This document shows positions 38,624 through 46,812 of a DNA stretch of 64,000 bases, piece by piece. Below the pieces are notes generated by a model. It did not search any database. It had not been told where the DNA came from and saw nothing but the letters and a program-made list of their open reading frames with translations. Position 1 is the first letter of the stretch. Each line of letters starts with the position of its first letter. The stretch spans positions 20,016 to 84,015 of the forward strand of contig PEWX01000115.1 of the NCBI GenBank assembly GCA_002779995.1. Reading direction: 5' to 3'. The position numbers were made by a program, and so were the translations under genes. This DNA comes from Piscirickettsiaceae bacterium CG07_land_8_20_14_0_80_44_28 (GTDB lineage: Bacteria > Pseudomonadota > Gammaproteobacteria > Thiomicrospirales > Thiomicrospiraceae).

Positions 38624-41443
38624 ATGAATTTATTGGCTATCAATTTGCCATTGGTTGTTTTATTGCCATTTATCGGCGCTATCTTTGCTGCTTGGTCTGC
38701 GCGATTAAATCGTTTAGCAGCAGCTTGGGTCAGTGGACTCATTGCCCTAAGTGCTTTAGGATTATTAACACCCACGCTAATACAAGTCTTTGCCGGTCAA
38801 ACGATTATCCAAAGTTGGGCTTGGATTCCTACAATTGGCTTGCACTTTTCATTTCGACTAGATGGCTTAGCCCTCTTGTTTGCGCTACTTATTTTAGTGA
38901 TTGGTATTTTAGTGATCTTTTATGCCCGTTATTACTTGGCGACCAAAGATTGTATGGGCCGATTTTTTGCTTATCTTTTAATGTTTATGGGTTCTATGCT
39001 CGGCATAGTCCTATCAGAAAACCTTATTCAATTAGTGGTTTTCTGGGAACTCACTTCTATCACGTCATTCTTATTAATCAGTTATTGGCAACATCGTAAG
39101 GAAGCACGGCAAGGTGCCAGAATGGCTTTGGCTATAACAGGGGCAGGCGGTTTAGCCTTGTTGGGGGGGGTGCTTTTATTAGGAGAAGTTGTTGGTAGTT
39201 ATCAATTAACAGATATCCTCGCTTCTGGTGATTTAGTTCGTAATAGTCCTTTGTATTTGCCTATTCTAGGATTAATTTTATTAGGCGTCTTCACCAAATC
39301 TGCGCAATTTCCTTTTCATTTTTGGCTACCTCATGCCATGGCGGCTCCAACTCCCGTTTCAGCTTATTTACACTCAGCAACCATGGTCAAAGCTGGGATT
39401 TTTCTATTAGCGCGCTTTTTTCCGATATTATCTGCTACGCCTGAATGGTCTTGGTTAGTCGGCGGTGCAGGAATGATAACCCTTATTATTGGTGCTTATA
39501 TGGCCTTTTTTAAACACGATTTAAAAGGGTTATTAGCTTATTCAACCATCAGTCATCTTGGTTTAATTACCTTATTATTTGGATTTGGAACACAAATGGC
39601 GACGGTTGCTGCTATTTTTCATATTATTAACCACGCGACTTTTAAAGCTTCTTTATTTATGGTGGCGGGCATTATTGATCACGAAACAGGCAGCCGTGAT
39701 ATGCGTAAACTCAATGGCTTAATCAAGTATATGCCACATACCGCTTTTTTAGCCATTATTGCATCCGCTGCAATGGCTGGGGTGCCATTATTAAATGGCT
39801 TTTTAAGTAAAGAAATGTTTTTTGAACAGGCTATTACTGCCAGTCAAACAGCACATTCTGCTTGGATGATTCCCATTTTAGTAACGATTGGTGGTGTATT
39901 ATCCGTTGCTTATTCCATTCGATTTATCCACGATGTGTTTTTTAATGGCGAACCCATTAATTTACCCAAAACCCCACATGAACCCCCTAGATTTATGAAA
40001 ATACCTGTCGATTTTTTGGTGATCATTTGTTTAACCGTTGGTATTTTTCCAAACTATACGATTGCTCCGCTATTAGAAATTGCCGTAATCGGCACTTTAC
40101 AGACAACTCCGCCGAATTATAGTTTGGACATTTGGCATGGCTTTACGCCTGCATTATTCATGAGTTTCATTGCGTTAACGGGCGGTATCACTTTCTATTT
40201 TATGCGCCAACGTTTATTTAATTTTTATGAAAAATTCTTTAGAAAGATTGATGCGCGTCAATATTTTAACCAGTTATTGGCGGGTCTGTTTTCATTAGCA
40301 AACAAGGTCACAAACTTTTTTGATAAAGGCTCTTTGCAAAATGCATCTGCTTGGGTTTTATTCTCTGCCATTATTTTCACCGCTTATGGTTTTAGCTTAC
40401 ATAACTCACCATTATTTGGTGAAAGACCGATGTTACCAATTGATGTTATTTCGCTGATGCTTGCCGTTGGATTAATGTTAACCAGTATTGTTTTGATCTT
40501 TATTCATCGTCAGCGCTTATTAACACTCATTGTTATTGGCATGATTGGATTGGTTTTATCTCTGGCTTTTGTAAAATTTTCAGCGCCAGACTTAGCTTTA
40601 ACCCAATTATCTATTGAAGTGGTAACCATTATTTTATTGCTATTAGCCTTGTATTTTTTACCGCAAGTTACACCAAAAGAAATTGGAAAAATGCGTTTAT
40701 GGCGAGATGGGGTCTTAGCGGTATTATCTGGCATCGGTATTACCTTATACACGCTTGCAGTACTCACAAGAGATTATCAAACCATTGCAGATTATTTCTT
40801 AGCTAATAGCCTAGTTGGCGGAGGCGGTAGCAATGTGGTCAATGTGATTCTTGTCGATTTCCGTGGCTTTGATACTTTAGGGGAAATTACCGTTTTAGCC
40901 TTAGCAGGCCTGGGTGTTTTTGCCATGTTACAGAATATGAAATTACCCGCCCCTAAAAACGATATCGAAGGACGGTTATGGAGTAATGATCCTCACCCTC
41001 TAATTATGCGAACCTTTACCCGTTTACTTTTGCCATTAATGTTAATGGTGGCCATTTTTATTTTCTTTAGAGGTCATAACTTACCCGGTGGTGGGTTTAT
41101 TGCCGGATTGATCGCTTCAGTGGCTTTAATTGTTCAATATTTATCAAATGGCATTCAATTAACCAGTGAACACTTTAAAGTCAATATGAATTGGGTAATT
41201 GGATTGGGATTATTAATTGCTGTTGCAACCGGTTTGGCAGCCATGGGAATGGGATTCCCTTTCTTAACATCAGCCTTTACCCACTTAAATTGGCCCATTA
41301 TTGGCGAATTTGAAATCGCCAGTGCAATCGCATTTGATTTAGGGGTATTTTTAGTGGTCGTGGGTGCAACCGTAATGAGTTTAGTTCAATTAGGACGATT
41401 AAGCTTTGCATCCCATCATCCAAAAGCTAAGGAACAAAATTAA
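38624..41443 (+). CDS. mrpA: Mrp/Mnh-type monovalent cation/proton antiporter subunit A (fused A+B)
   Basis: 939 aa. Has a NuoL/ND5-like core (FWELTSITSFLLISYW, SAQFPFHFWLPHAMAAPTPVSAYLHSATMVKAG) plus an MrpB-like C-terminal extension. Confidence 0.9.
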   Translation: MNLLAINLPLVVLLPFIGAIFAAWSARLNRLAAAWVSGLIALSALGLLTPTLIQVFAGQTIIQSWAWIPTIGLHFSFRLDGLALLFALLILVIGILVIFYARYYLATKDCMGRFFAYLLMFMGSMLGIVLSENLIQLVVFWELTSITSFLLISYWQHRKEARQGARMALAITGAGGLALLGGVLLLGEVVGSYQLTDILASGDLVRNSPLYLPILGLILLGVFTKSAQFPFHFWLPHAMAAPTPVSAYLHSATMVKAGIFLLARFFPILSATPEWSWLVGGAGMITLIIGAYMAFFKHDLKGLLAYSTISHLGLITLLFGFGTQMATVAAIFHIINHATFKASLFMVAGIIDHETGSRDMRKLNGLIKYMPHTAFLAIIASAAMAGVPLLNGFLSKEMFFEQAITASQTAHSAWMIPILVTIGGVLSVAYSIRFIHDVFFNGEPINLPKTPHEPPRFMKIPVDFLVIICLTVGIFPNYTIAPLLEIAVIGTLQTTPPNYSLDIWHGFTPALFMSFIALTGGITFYFMRQRLFNFYEKFFRKIDARQYFNQLLAGLFSLANKVTNFFDKGSLQNASAWVLFSAIIFTAYGFSLHNSPLFGERPMLPIDVISLMLAVGLMLTSIVLIFIHRQRLLTLIVIGMIGLVLSLAFVKFSAPDLALTQLSIEVVTIILLLLALYFLPQVTPKEIGKMRLWRDGVLAVLSGIGITLYTLAVLTRDYQTIADYFLANSLVGGGGSNVVNVILVDFRGFDTLGEITVLALAGLGVFAMLQNMKLPAPKNDIEGRLWSNDPHPLIMRTFTRLLLPLMLMVAIFIFFRGHNLPGGGFIAGLIASVALIVQYLSNGIQLTSEHFKVNMNWVIGLGLLIAVATGLAAMGMGFPFLTSAFTHLNWPIIGEFEIASAIAFDLGVFLVVVGATVMSLVQLGRLSFASHHPKAKEQN
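40904..40913. repeat. One-mismatch copy of the palindrome (GCAGGCCTGG) inside mrpA
   Basis: Read directly from the sequence. Confidence 0.7.
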
Positions 41444-41841
41444 TGGAATTATTAGTTGCCCTATCCATAGGGTTTCTCACCGCCAGTGGCGTATTTTTAA
41501 CACTCCGTGCCAGAACCTTTCCGGTGGTTTTAGGACTAACGCTATTAGCCTATGCGGTCAATTTATTTTTATTTGCAATGGGTCGCTTAACCATTGGGTT
41601 ACCAACCATTATTGACTCAGCACAAGGTCAATATGCCGACCCACTTCCACAAGCATTAGTCCTCACCGCCATAGTTATAGCTTTTGGTATGACTGCCTTT
41701 TTGATTGTATTGGCTTTAAAAGCCCGTGCGGAATTGGGGAATGATCATGTTGATGGTATCAATTTAGCTCAAGATGAAGCGTCTTTAGAACATACATTAC
41801 CACCCCAAAAACCTAATAAACAGGTCGGAAAGACAAGATGA
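41443..41841 (+). CDS. mrpC: Mrp antiporter subunit C (NuoK-like)
   Basis: 132 aa with three TM helices. Its start overlaps the mrpA stop. Confidence 0.85.
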   Translation: MELLVALSIGFLTASGVFLTLRARTFPVVLGLTLLAYAVNLFLFAMGRLTIGLPTIIDSAQGQYADPLPQALVLTAIVIAFGMTAFLIVLALKARAELGNDHVDGINLAQDEASLEHTLPPQKPNKQVGKTR

Positions 41842-43364
41842 CAAGCCTCACATTTTTACCCCTTGTTGTGCCTTTGCTAATAGGTATTAGCATTTTATTG
41901 ATTCAATCACTTGGTTTAAAACGCCAACGTTTGATCAGTTTTTTAGGCGCTGTTACTTTAGTTTGGGTGAGTATTAATAGCTTATTGGTTTCATTAGAAG
42001 GCGAACCACAAGTTTTTATTTTAGGGAACTGGGTTGCTCCTTATGGGATTGTTTTAGTATTAGATCAATTTTCTGCGATGATGGTTTTGATTACGTCACT
42101 CTTAGCCATTGGCGCTATTTGGTATGCAATAGCGCAACAGATTGATGGTAAAGGAGCGCATTTTCATACTTTATTTCATATTCAATTATTTGGGTTAAAT
42201 GGTGCTTTTCTAACCGGCGATGTCTTTAACTTATTCGTATTCTTTGAAGTGCTATTATTAGCTTCTTATGGATTAATTTTACATGGTGGTGGACGCTTAA
42301 GAACCAAAGCTGGGTTGCATTATGTGGTGATTAATTTAATTGGCTCTACATTATTTTTATTTGCCGTTGGTGCTTTATATGGCATTTTAGGTACCTTAAA
42401 TATTGCAGATATGGCCGTTAAAATTGCTGAATTACCAGTCGAGGATTATGGCATTGTCACTGCAGCTGGTTTATTACTATTGTTGGTTTTTGGTCTTAAA
42501 GCAGCTATGTTCCCACTTTATTTATGGTTACCCCAAGCTTATGCCAATGCCTCTGCCCCAGTTGCTGCCTTATTTGCCATTATGACTAAAGTTGGACTTT
42601 ATGCCATTATTCGAGTTCATGGCACCCTATTTGGCAGCACAGCAGGGGATTTGGCTTATTTTTATATGCCTTGGTTATTAGCGTTAGGATTAATCACTTT
42701 ATTATTAGCCGCTTTAGGGGTTTTGGCCGCAAAAGGATTAAGAGAGCAAATTGCCTATTTGGTATTAACTTCGGTTGCTACCTTATTAATTGGTATTGGT
42801 TTAAATACGCCAGCCGCTTTATCAGGGAGTTTGTATTATTTGATTCATTCTACTTTAATCGCGGCCGGCTTCTTTTTATTAGCAGATATGATTACTCGAG
42901 GACGTGGGGTTTATGGTGATCAATTTGAATCCGGAAACCCCATTTATAAAGGAATACTATTAGGCAGTTTCTTTATATTCGCTGCCATTGCGATGACGGG
43001 ATTGCCGCCTTTATCAGGATTTTTTGGTAAATTATTAATTCTATCTGCCGCTTTAGAACATGATTGGTTTGCTATTATTTTAATAACAATATTAATTTCA
43101 GGTCTTTTTATAATTATTGCTGTTGCTCGATCTGGCTCTATACTATTTTATCAAACCCAAATTAATCAAAAACCTGAGATTACACCTTTTAATAAATATG
43201 CTTTTTTTGCGGTGATATTATTATTGGCGACCAGTCCTATTTTAGTCATATTAGCCAATCCAATTACGGCTTTTACTGAAAGTACTGCGCTACAATTGCT
43301 CGATAAAATTCAATATATTGACAGTGTTCTCAATGCTCTGCCAATTGAAAGGCCGCAACCATGA
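41838..43364 (+). CDS. mrpD: Mrp antiporter subunit D (NuoN/ND2-like)
   Basis: 508 aa polytopic protein. Has FNLFVFFEVLLLASY and LWLPQAYANASAPVAALFA. Confidence 0.9.
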   Translation: MTSLTFLPLVVPLLIGISILLIQSLGLKRQRLISFLGAVTLVWVSINSLLVSLEGEPQVFILGNWVAPYGIVLVLDQFSAMMVLITSLLAIGAIWYAIAQQIDGKGAHFHTLFHIQLFGLNGAFLTGDVFNLFVFFEVLLLASYGLILHGGGRLRTKAGLHYVVINLIGSTLFLFAVGALYGILGTLNIADMAVKIAELPVEDYGIVTAAGLLLLLVFGLKAAMFPLYLWLPQAYANASAPVAALFAIMTKVGLYAIIRVHGTLFGSTAGDLAYFYMPWLLALGLITLLLAALGVLAAKGLREQIAYLVLTSVATLLIGIGLNTPAALSGSLYYLIHSTLIAAGFFLLADMITRGRGVYGDQFESGNPIYKGILLGSFFIFAAIAMTGLPPLSGFFGKLLILSAALEHDWFAIILITILISGLFIIIAVARSGSILFYQTQINQKPEITPFNKYAFFAVILLLATSPILVILANPITAFTESTALQLLDKIQYIDSVLNALPIERPQP

Positions 43365-43876
43365 AAACACCAAATAAACCTAAACATAATCGATTATTAC
43401 CCCATCCTATTCTAACAATGGTGTTATGGATAATTTGGTTATTACTTAACAATACCTTAGCACCAGGACATATCGTATTAGGGTTTATTTTGGCAATCAC
43501 CATTCCATTGTTAACGACCTCTTTCTGGCCCGAAAAAATCACATTATCTAATCCATGGGTTATTTTTAAATTCTTTTGGGTAGTCATTGGTGATATTTTG
43601 ATTGCTAATATCATAGTCGCAAAATTAATTTTAGGACCCAATCGTCGATTAAAACCTGGATTTTTTTTAATTGAATTGGAGGTTCAACATCCTTTAGGTA
43701 TTAGTATCCTTGCAAATACTATTTCATTAACGCCAGGTACGGTTTCATGTGATGTGACAGCCGATCGAAAATACTTAAAAGTTCATGCTTTGCATTTAGA
43801 AAATAAAACAGACACTATTCAACAAATTAAACAACGTTATGAAATGCCCTTAATAAAGGTTTTTGAATCATGTTAA
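43361..43876 (+). CDS. mrpE: Mrp antiporter subunit E
   Basis: 171 aa at the correct operon position, with overlapping start. Has the TLTPGTVS motif (ISLTPGTVSCDV). Confidence 0.8.
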   Translation: MKTPNKPKHNRLLPHPILTMVLWIIWLLLNNTLAPGHIVLGFILAITIPLLTTSFWPEKITLSNPWVIFKFFWVVIGDILIANIIVAKLILGPNRRLKPGFFLIELEVQHPLGISILANTISLTPGTVSCDVTADRKYLKVHALHLENKTDTIQQIKQRYEMPLIKVFESC

Positions 43877-44139
43877 TTTTGGCGCTTAAAATTGCATTTT
43901 TGATGGTAGGATTGGCTTTATTATTCAATTTTTACCGGCTCATTAAAGGGCCTTCGCTACCTGATCGCATCCTTGCACTGGATACCATTTATATCAATAG
44001 CATTGCTATATTAATTTTATTTGGACTTTATCAACAAAGTGCACTGTATTTTGAGGCGGCACTGTTAATAGCGGTGATGGGTTTTGTGGGAACCGTTGCG
44101 TTAAGCAAGTATTTGCTGCGCGGCGACATTATGGAATAA
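43870..44139 (+). CDS. mrpF: Mrp antiporter subunit F
   Basis: 89 aa with three TM helices. Has the motif GPSLPDRILALD. Confidence 0.8.
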   Translation: MLILALKIAFLMVGLALLFNFYRLIKGPSLPDRILALDTIYINSIAILILFGLYQQSALYFEAALLIAVMGFVGTVALSKYLLRGDIME

Positions 44140-44144
44140 TCAAT

Positions 44145-44456
44145 ATGCTTGAAAATATTTTAGCTATATTCATTTTAATCGGTGCCTTCTTTACCCTTGT
44201 AGGTTCAATTGGCTTGATTAAATTACCTGATTTTTATATGCGCCTACATGGGCCAACCAAAGCAACCACTTTAGGAGTGGGTTCAATTTTAGTCGCTTCA
44301 GCAATATATTTCAGTCAATCAGATAGTGGCATCAGTGCTCATGAAGTTCTTGTTACATTATTTCTATTTATAACCGCACCCATTAGTGCCCACTTAATGG
44401 CTAAAGCCGCATTGCATATTCAAACGCCTCAAAGCCAAAAAACACAACAAAAATGA
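44145..44456 (+). CDS. mrpG: Mrp antiporter subunit G
   Basis: 103 aa. Has the motif LPDFYMRLHGPTKATTLG. Confidence 0.85.
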   Translation: MLENILAIFILIGAFFTLVGSIGLIKLPDFYMRLHGPTKATTLGVGSILVASAIYFSQSDSGISAHEVLVTLFLFITAPISAHLMAKAALHIQTPQSQKTQQK

Positions 44457-44478
44457 CCAAGCCTGGTCATTTTTTATT
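44453..44478. terminator. Bidirectional rho-independent terminator between convergent mrpG and mlaA, built on a one-mismatch palindrome copy (CCAAGCCTGG, 44457-44466)
   Basis: Stem ATGACCA / TGGTCAT with loop AGCC, an A-run upstream and TTTTTTATT downstream. The mrpG stop lies inside the left arm and the mlaA stop lies in the T-run. Confidence 0.7.
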
Positions 44479-45205
44479 CATAATTGAAATCATCTAAATC
44501 CGGTGCAGGGGGATTACCGTTATAAATCAAATTGGTCCGATACTGTAAATAACTTTCTCGCATAAAAATATACGGATCTGGCTGTTGTTTAACTTCCGCT
44601 AATAACATTTCCACTTTCGTATAATCATCAAAACTTTCTGCAACAAATAGATAAAACTGACCATAACCATCGGTTTGAATAATGTCATTATAAGATGGAT
44701 TATAACTGCTATCAGCGACTCTGCCGAGTAAATCTCGTGTGGTATAAGGTCCCACCAAAGGCAGCATAATATAATTAGATTCTGTCCACCAACCCCATAC
44801 TGCTAAAGTTTGTCCTAAATCTTCTTTTTGGTAAGGTAATCCTGCCGGCGTCGCAATATCAATCAATCCCAATAAACCAAAGGTACTGTTTATTGTAAAA
44901 CGCATAAAACTGCTTAAACTGCTTTCTATTTCGCCCTGTAACAATGCATTTACGATATTGAGCGGTTCATTTAAGTTATTAAAAAAATTACTAACGCCCG
45001 TCCGAGCCGGGGACGGTACAACCGTTTTATAGCCCTCTACCAATGGTTTTCCAATCACATTATGAAAATGCAAATTGAATTGGAACATGGCTCGATTGAA
45101 GTTTTCATAGGGATCTTGATTGTTTGTCGCTGTATTTGACCCTTGAGCAAAACCAATGGCTGGTAAAAATAAAAAAATAGATAATAAATAAGTTTTGAGT
45201 TTCAT
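44474..45205 (-). CDS. mlaA: MlaA/VacJ family protein
   Basis: 243 aa. Has DPYENFNRAMFQFN and SSYNP.., which are typical of VacJ. The signal peptide ends AIGFAQG, with no lipobox cysteine. Confidence 0.85.
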   Translation of the reverse strand: MKLKTYLLSIFLFLPAIGFAQGSNTATNNQDPYENFNRAMFQFNLHFHNVIGKPLVEGYKTVVPSPARTGVSNFFNNLNEPLNIVNALLQGEIESSLSSFMRFTINSTFGLLGLIDIATPAGLPYQKEDLGQTLAVWGWWTESNYIMLPLVGPYTTRDLLGRVADSSYNPSYNDIIQTDGYGQFYLFVAESFDDYTKVEMLLAEVKQQPDPYIFMRESYLQYRTNLIYNGNPPAPDLDDFNYE

Positions 45206-46143
45206 TTAGGGTTATCTCGATCTGATCCGGATTTAAGCAAACGCGTGCAAGGAATTTTAACGGATAATAATGTTTTTTGAAAAATTTCTAAGGTTTGCAA
45301 TTGGCTAAAACTGCGTCGCCACGCCATCACCACTGTTCTCTTTGCACCCGCATCTGCCAACGGAATGTAATCTAATAATTTATCTTGATTCTGACAGGCA
45401 CTACACGGCAAAATCGTAATACCTGCCCCAGACCCAACCATATAGCGAATTGTTTCAAGAGAGCTACCTTCTAGGCTCTTTTGTAACGGACTGTGTAGTG
45501 CTTTATGATCTAACAATTTTGGATAAGCCTTTAAAACTTGATCTCTAAAACAATGACCTGATCCTAATAATAAAATGGTTTCGTTTTCAATATCCGTTAA
45601 ATCAACTTGTGCTGATTTAATTAATCGATGACCTTTTGGAACGGCTAATTGGAAATCTTCTTCATAGATTGGCAAGGTTTGGATATTATCTCCTTCAAAT
45701 GGCAAAGAGACAATAATAATATCCAATTCACCTGTTTCAAGTTTTTGCTGCAAAATATGCGTGTAATTTTCTTCAATTAATAATCGTATATTTCCGGCTC
45801 GTTGATGAAACTCTGAAATAAAGTGCGGTAATAAATAAGGCCCAATCGTGTAAATAACGCCTATTTTGAGTTCTTTAATAGTCGATGTTTTTTGTTTTGT
45901 GATTTGTTTAATGGTTTCAATTTTAGACAAAACACTTTTTGCAATATCAATCACTTCTTTGCCAATAGGGGTAATTAAAATATCATTTTTTTGTCGTTCA
46001 AAAATAACAACCCCTAATTCAGTCTCCAATTTTTTAATGGCAATACTTAAGGTCGGTTGACTGACAAAACATTTTTCAGCTGCTTTACGAAAATGTTTTT
46101 CCTTTGCCAGTTCTACACAATATTTCAATTCATTTAAATTCAT
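45202..46143 (-). CDS. LysR-family regulator, OxyR-like
   Basis: 313 aa. Has the HTH motif HFRKAAEKCFVSQPTLS and the OxyR-like blocks IGPYLLP, GHCFRDQ and SLETIRYMVGSGAGITILP. A Tyr occupies the position of the second redox Cys (9 residues after GHC). Confidence 0.8.
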   Translation of the reverse strand: MNLNELKYCVELAKEKHFRKAAEKCFVSQPTLSIAIKKLETELGVVIFERQKNDILITPIGKEVIDIAKSVLSKIETIKQITKQKTSTIKELKIGVIYTIGPYLLPHFISEFHQRAGNIRLLIEENYTHILQQKLETGELDIIIVSLPFEGDNIQTLPIYEEDFQLAVPKGHRLIKSAQVDLTDIENETILLLGSGHCFRDQVLKAYPKLLDHKALHSPLQKSLEGSSLETIRYMVGSGAGITILPCSACQNQDKLLDYIPLADAGAKRTVVMAWRRSFSQLQTLEIFQKTLLSVKIPCTRLLKSGSDRDNPK

Positions 46144-46324
46144 GGGTTATATACACAAAAAGAAAGATAAAGGTTTTATATTTTATTCTTTTTGTTTATT
46201 ACTCTTATTAGTGACAGTCGATTTTAAGGATAAGTCTATTTTTTGTTTATAAATCAGTTTGTTAACTTGTTAATAACTGCATGTGTAAGTTTCGGTAAGG
46301 CTAAGGGATCGACTGTGGATGAAT

Positions 46325-46333
46325 TGTGCATAA
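46325..46333 (-). promoter_or_regulatory. DnaA-box-like 9-mer (TTATGCACA on the minus strand)
   Basis: Matches the TTATNCACA consensus. A one-mismatch box (TCATCCACA) lies adjacent at 46314-46322. Confidence 0.3.
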
Positions 46334-46426
46334 AAAAATAATGAATGAACCAATTGCATTCTATTAACAATCCCTCACACCTTTTCACAGGATAAATCAC
46401 GGTTTATAGGCGACTTATCCCTTAAG

Positions 46427-46435
46427 TTATACACA
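46427..46435 (+). promoter_or_regulatory. DnaA-box-like 9-mer (TTATACACA)
   Basis: Matches the TTATNCACA consensus. A related sequence, TTATATACACA, occurs at 46147-46157. Confidence 0.3.
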
Positions 46436-46462
46436 AATTTTTTAATGAGAGATTTTAATGTT

Positions 46463-46801
46463 TTAAAAGTTAAGCACTTCATCATCATCAATCATGCTGG
46501 TTTCAGGGGATAAATTTTCACGAATCGAACGCTTGAAAAGTAATTTATTTTGTACAGGTTCAGGTAAATCCGTAAATAAAATTAAGCGTCGATCAACCAG
46601 GATATCCACTAAATCCTCAATAACCCGTACCATTTCCATATCCATGGTTTTAAGGATTTTTTTAATTAATTCTGCATTTTGACTCTTTTCGGTGAATGCT
46701 TTAATTTCAGGATCAAATAGACTGGCAATTTTATAATCCGGTCTCTCTGAAAATTGAATGTCTTCAATTTCGTTATTCTTATCTCTTTTGATATAGATCA
46801 T
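46463..46801 (-). CDS. Hypothetical acidic protein
   Basis: 112 aa ORF starting 11 nt downstream of the alsS-like gene on the same strand. I recognise no motif. Confidence 0.5.
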   Translation of the reverse strand: MIYIKRDKNNEIEDIQFSERPDYKIASLFDPEIKAFTEKSQNAELIKKILKTMDMEMVRVIEDLVDILVDRRLILFTDLPEPVQNKLLFKRSIRENLSPETSMIDDDEVLNF

Positions 46802-46812
46802 ATCAGCTCCTT

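Noticed and set aside
46144-46462. The chromosomal replication origin (oriC).
   Set aside because: DnaA-box-like 9-mers are present. However, the flanking gene orientation is opposite to what is expected at an origin, only one GATC is present, and there is no dnaA/dnaN/gidA/mioC context. It is kept only as a low-interest regulatory-region finding.
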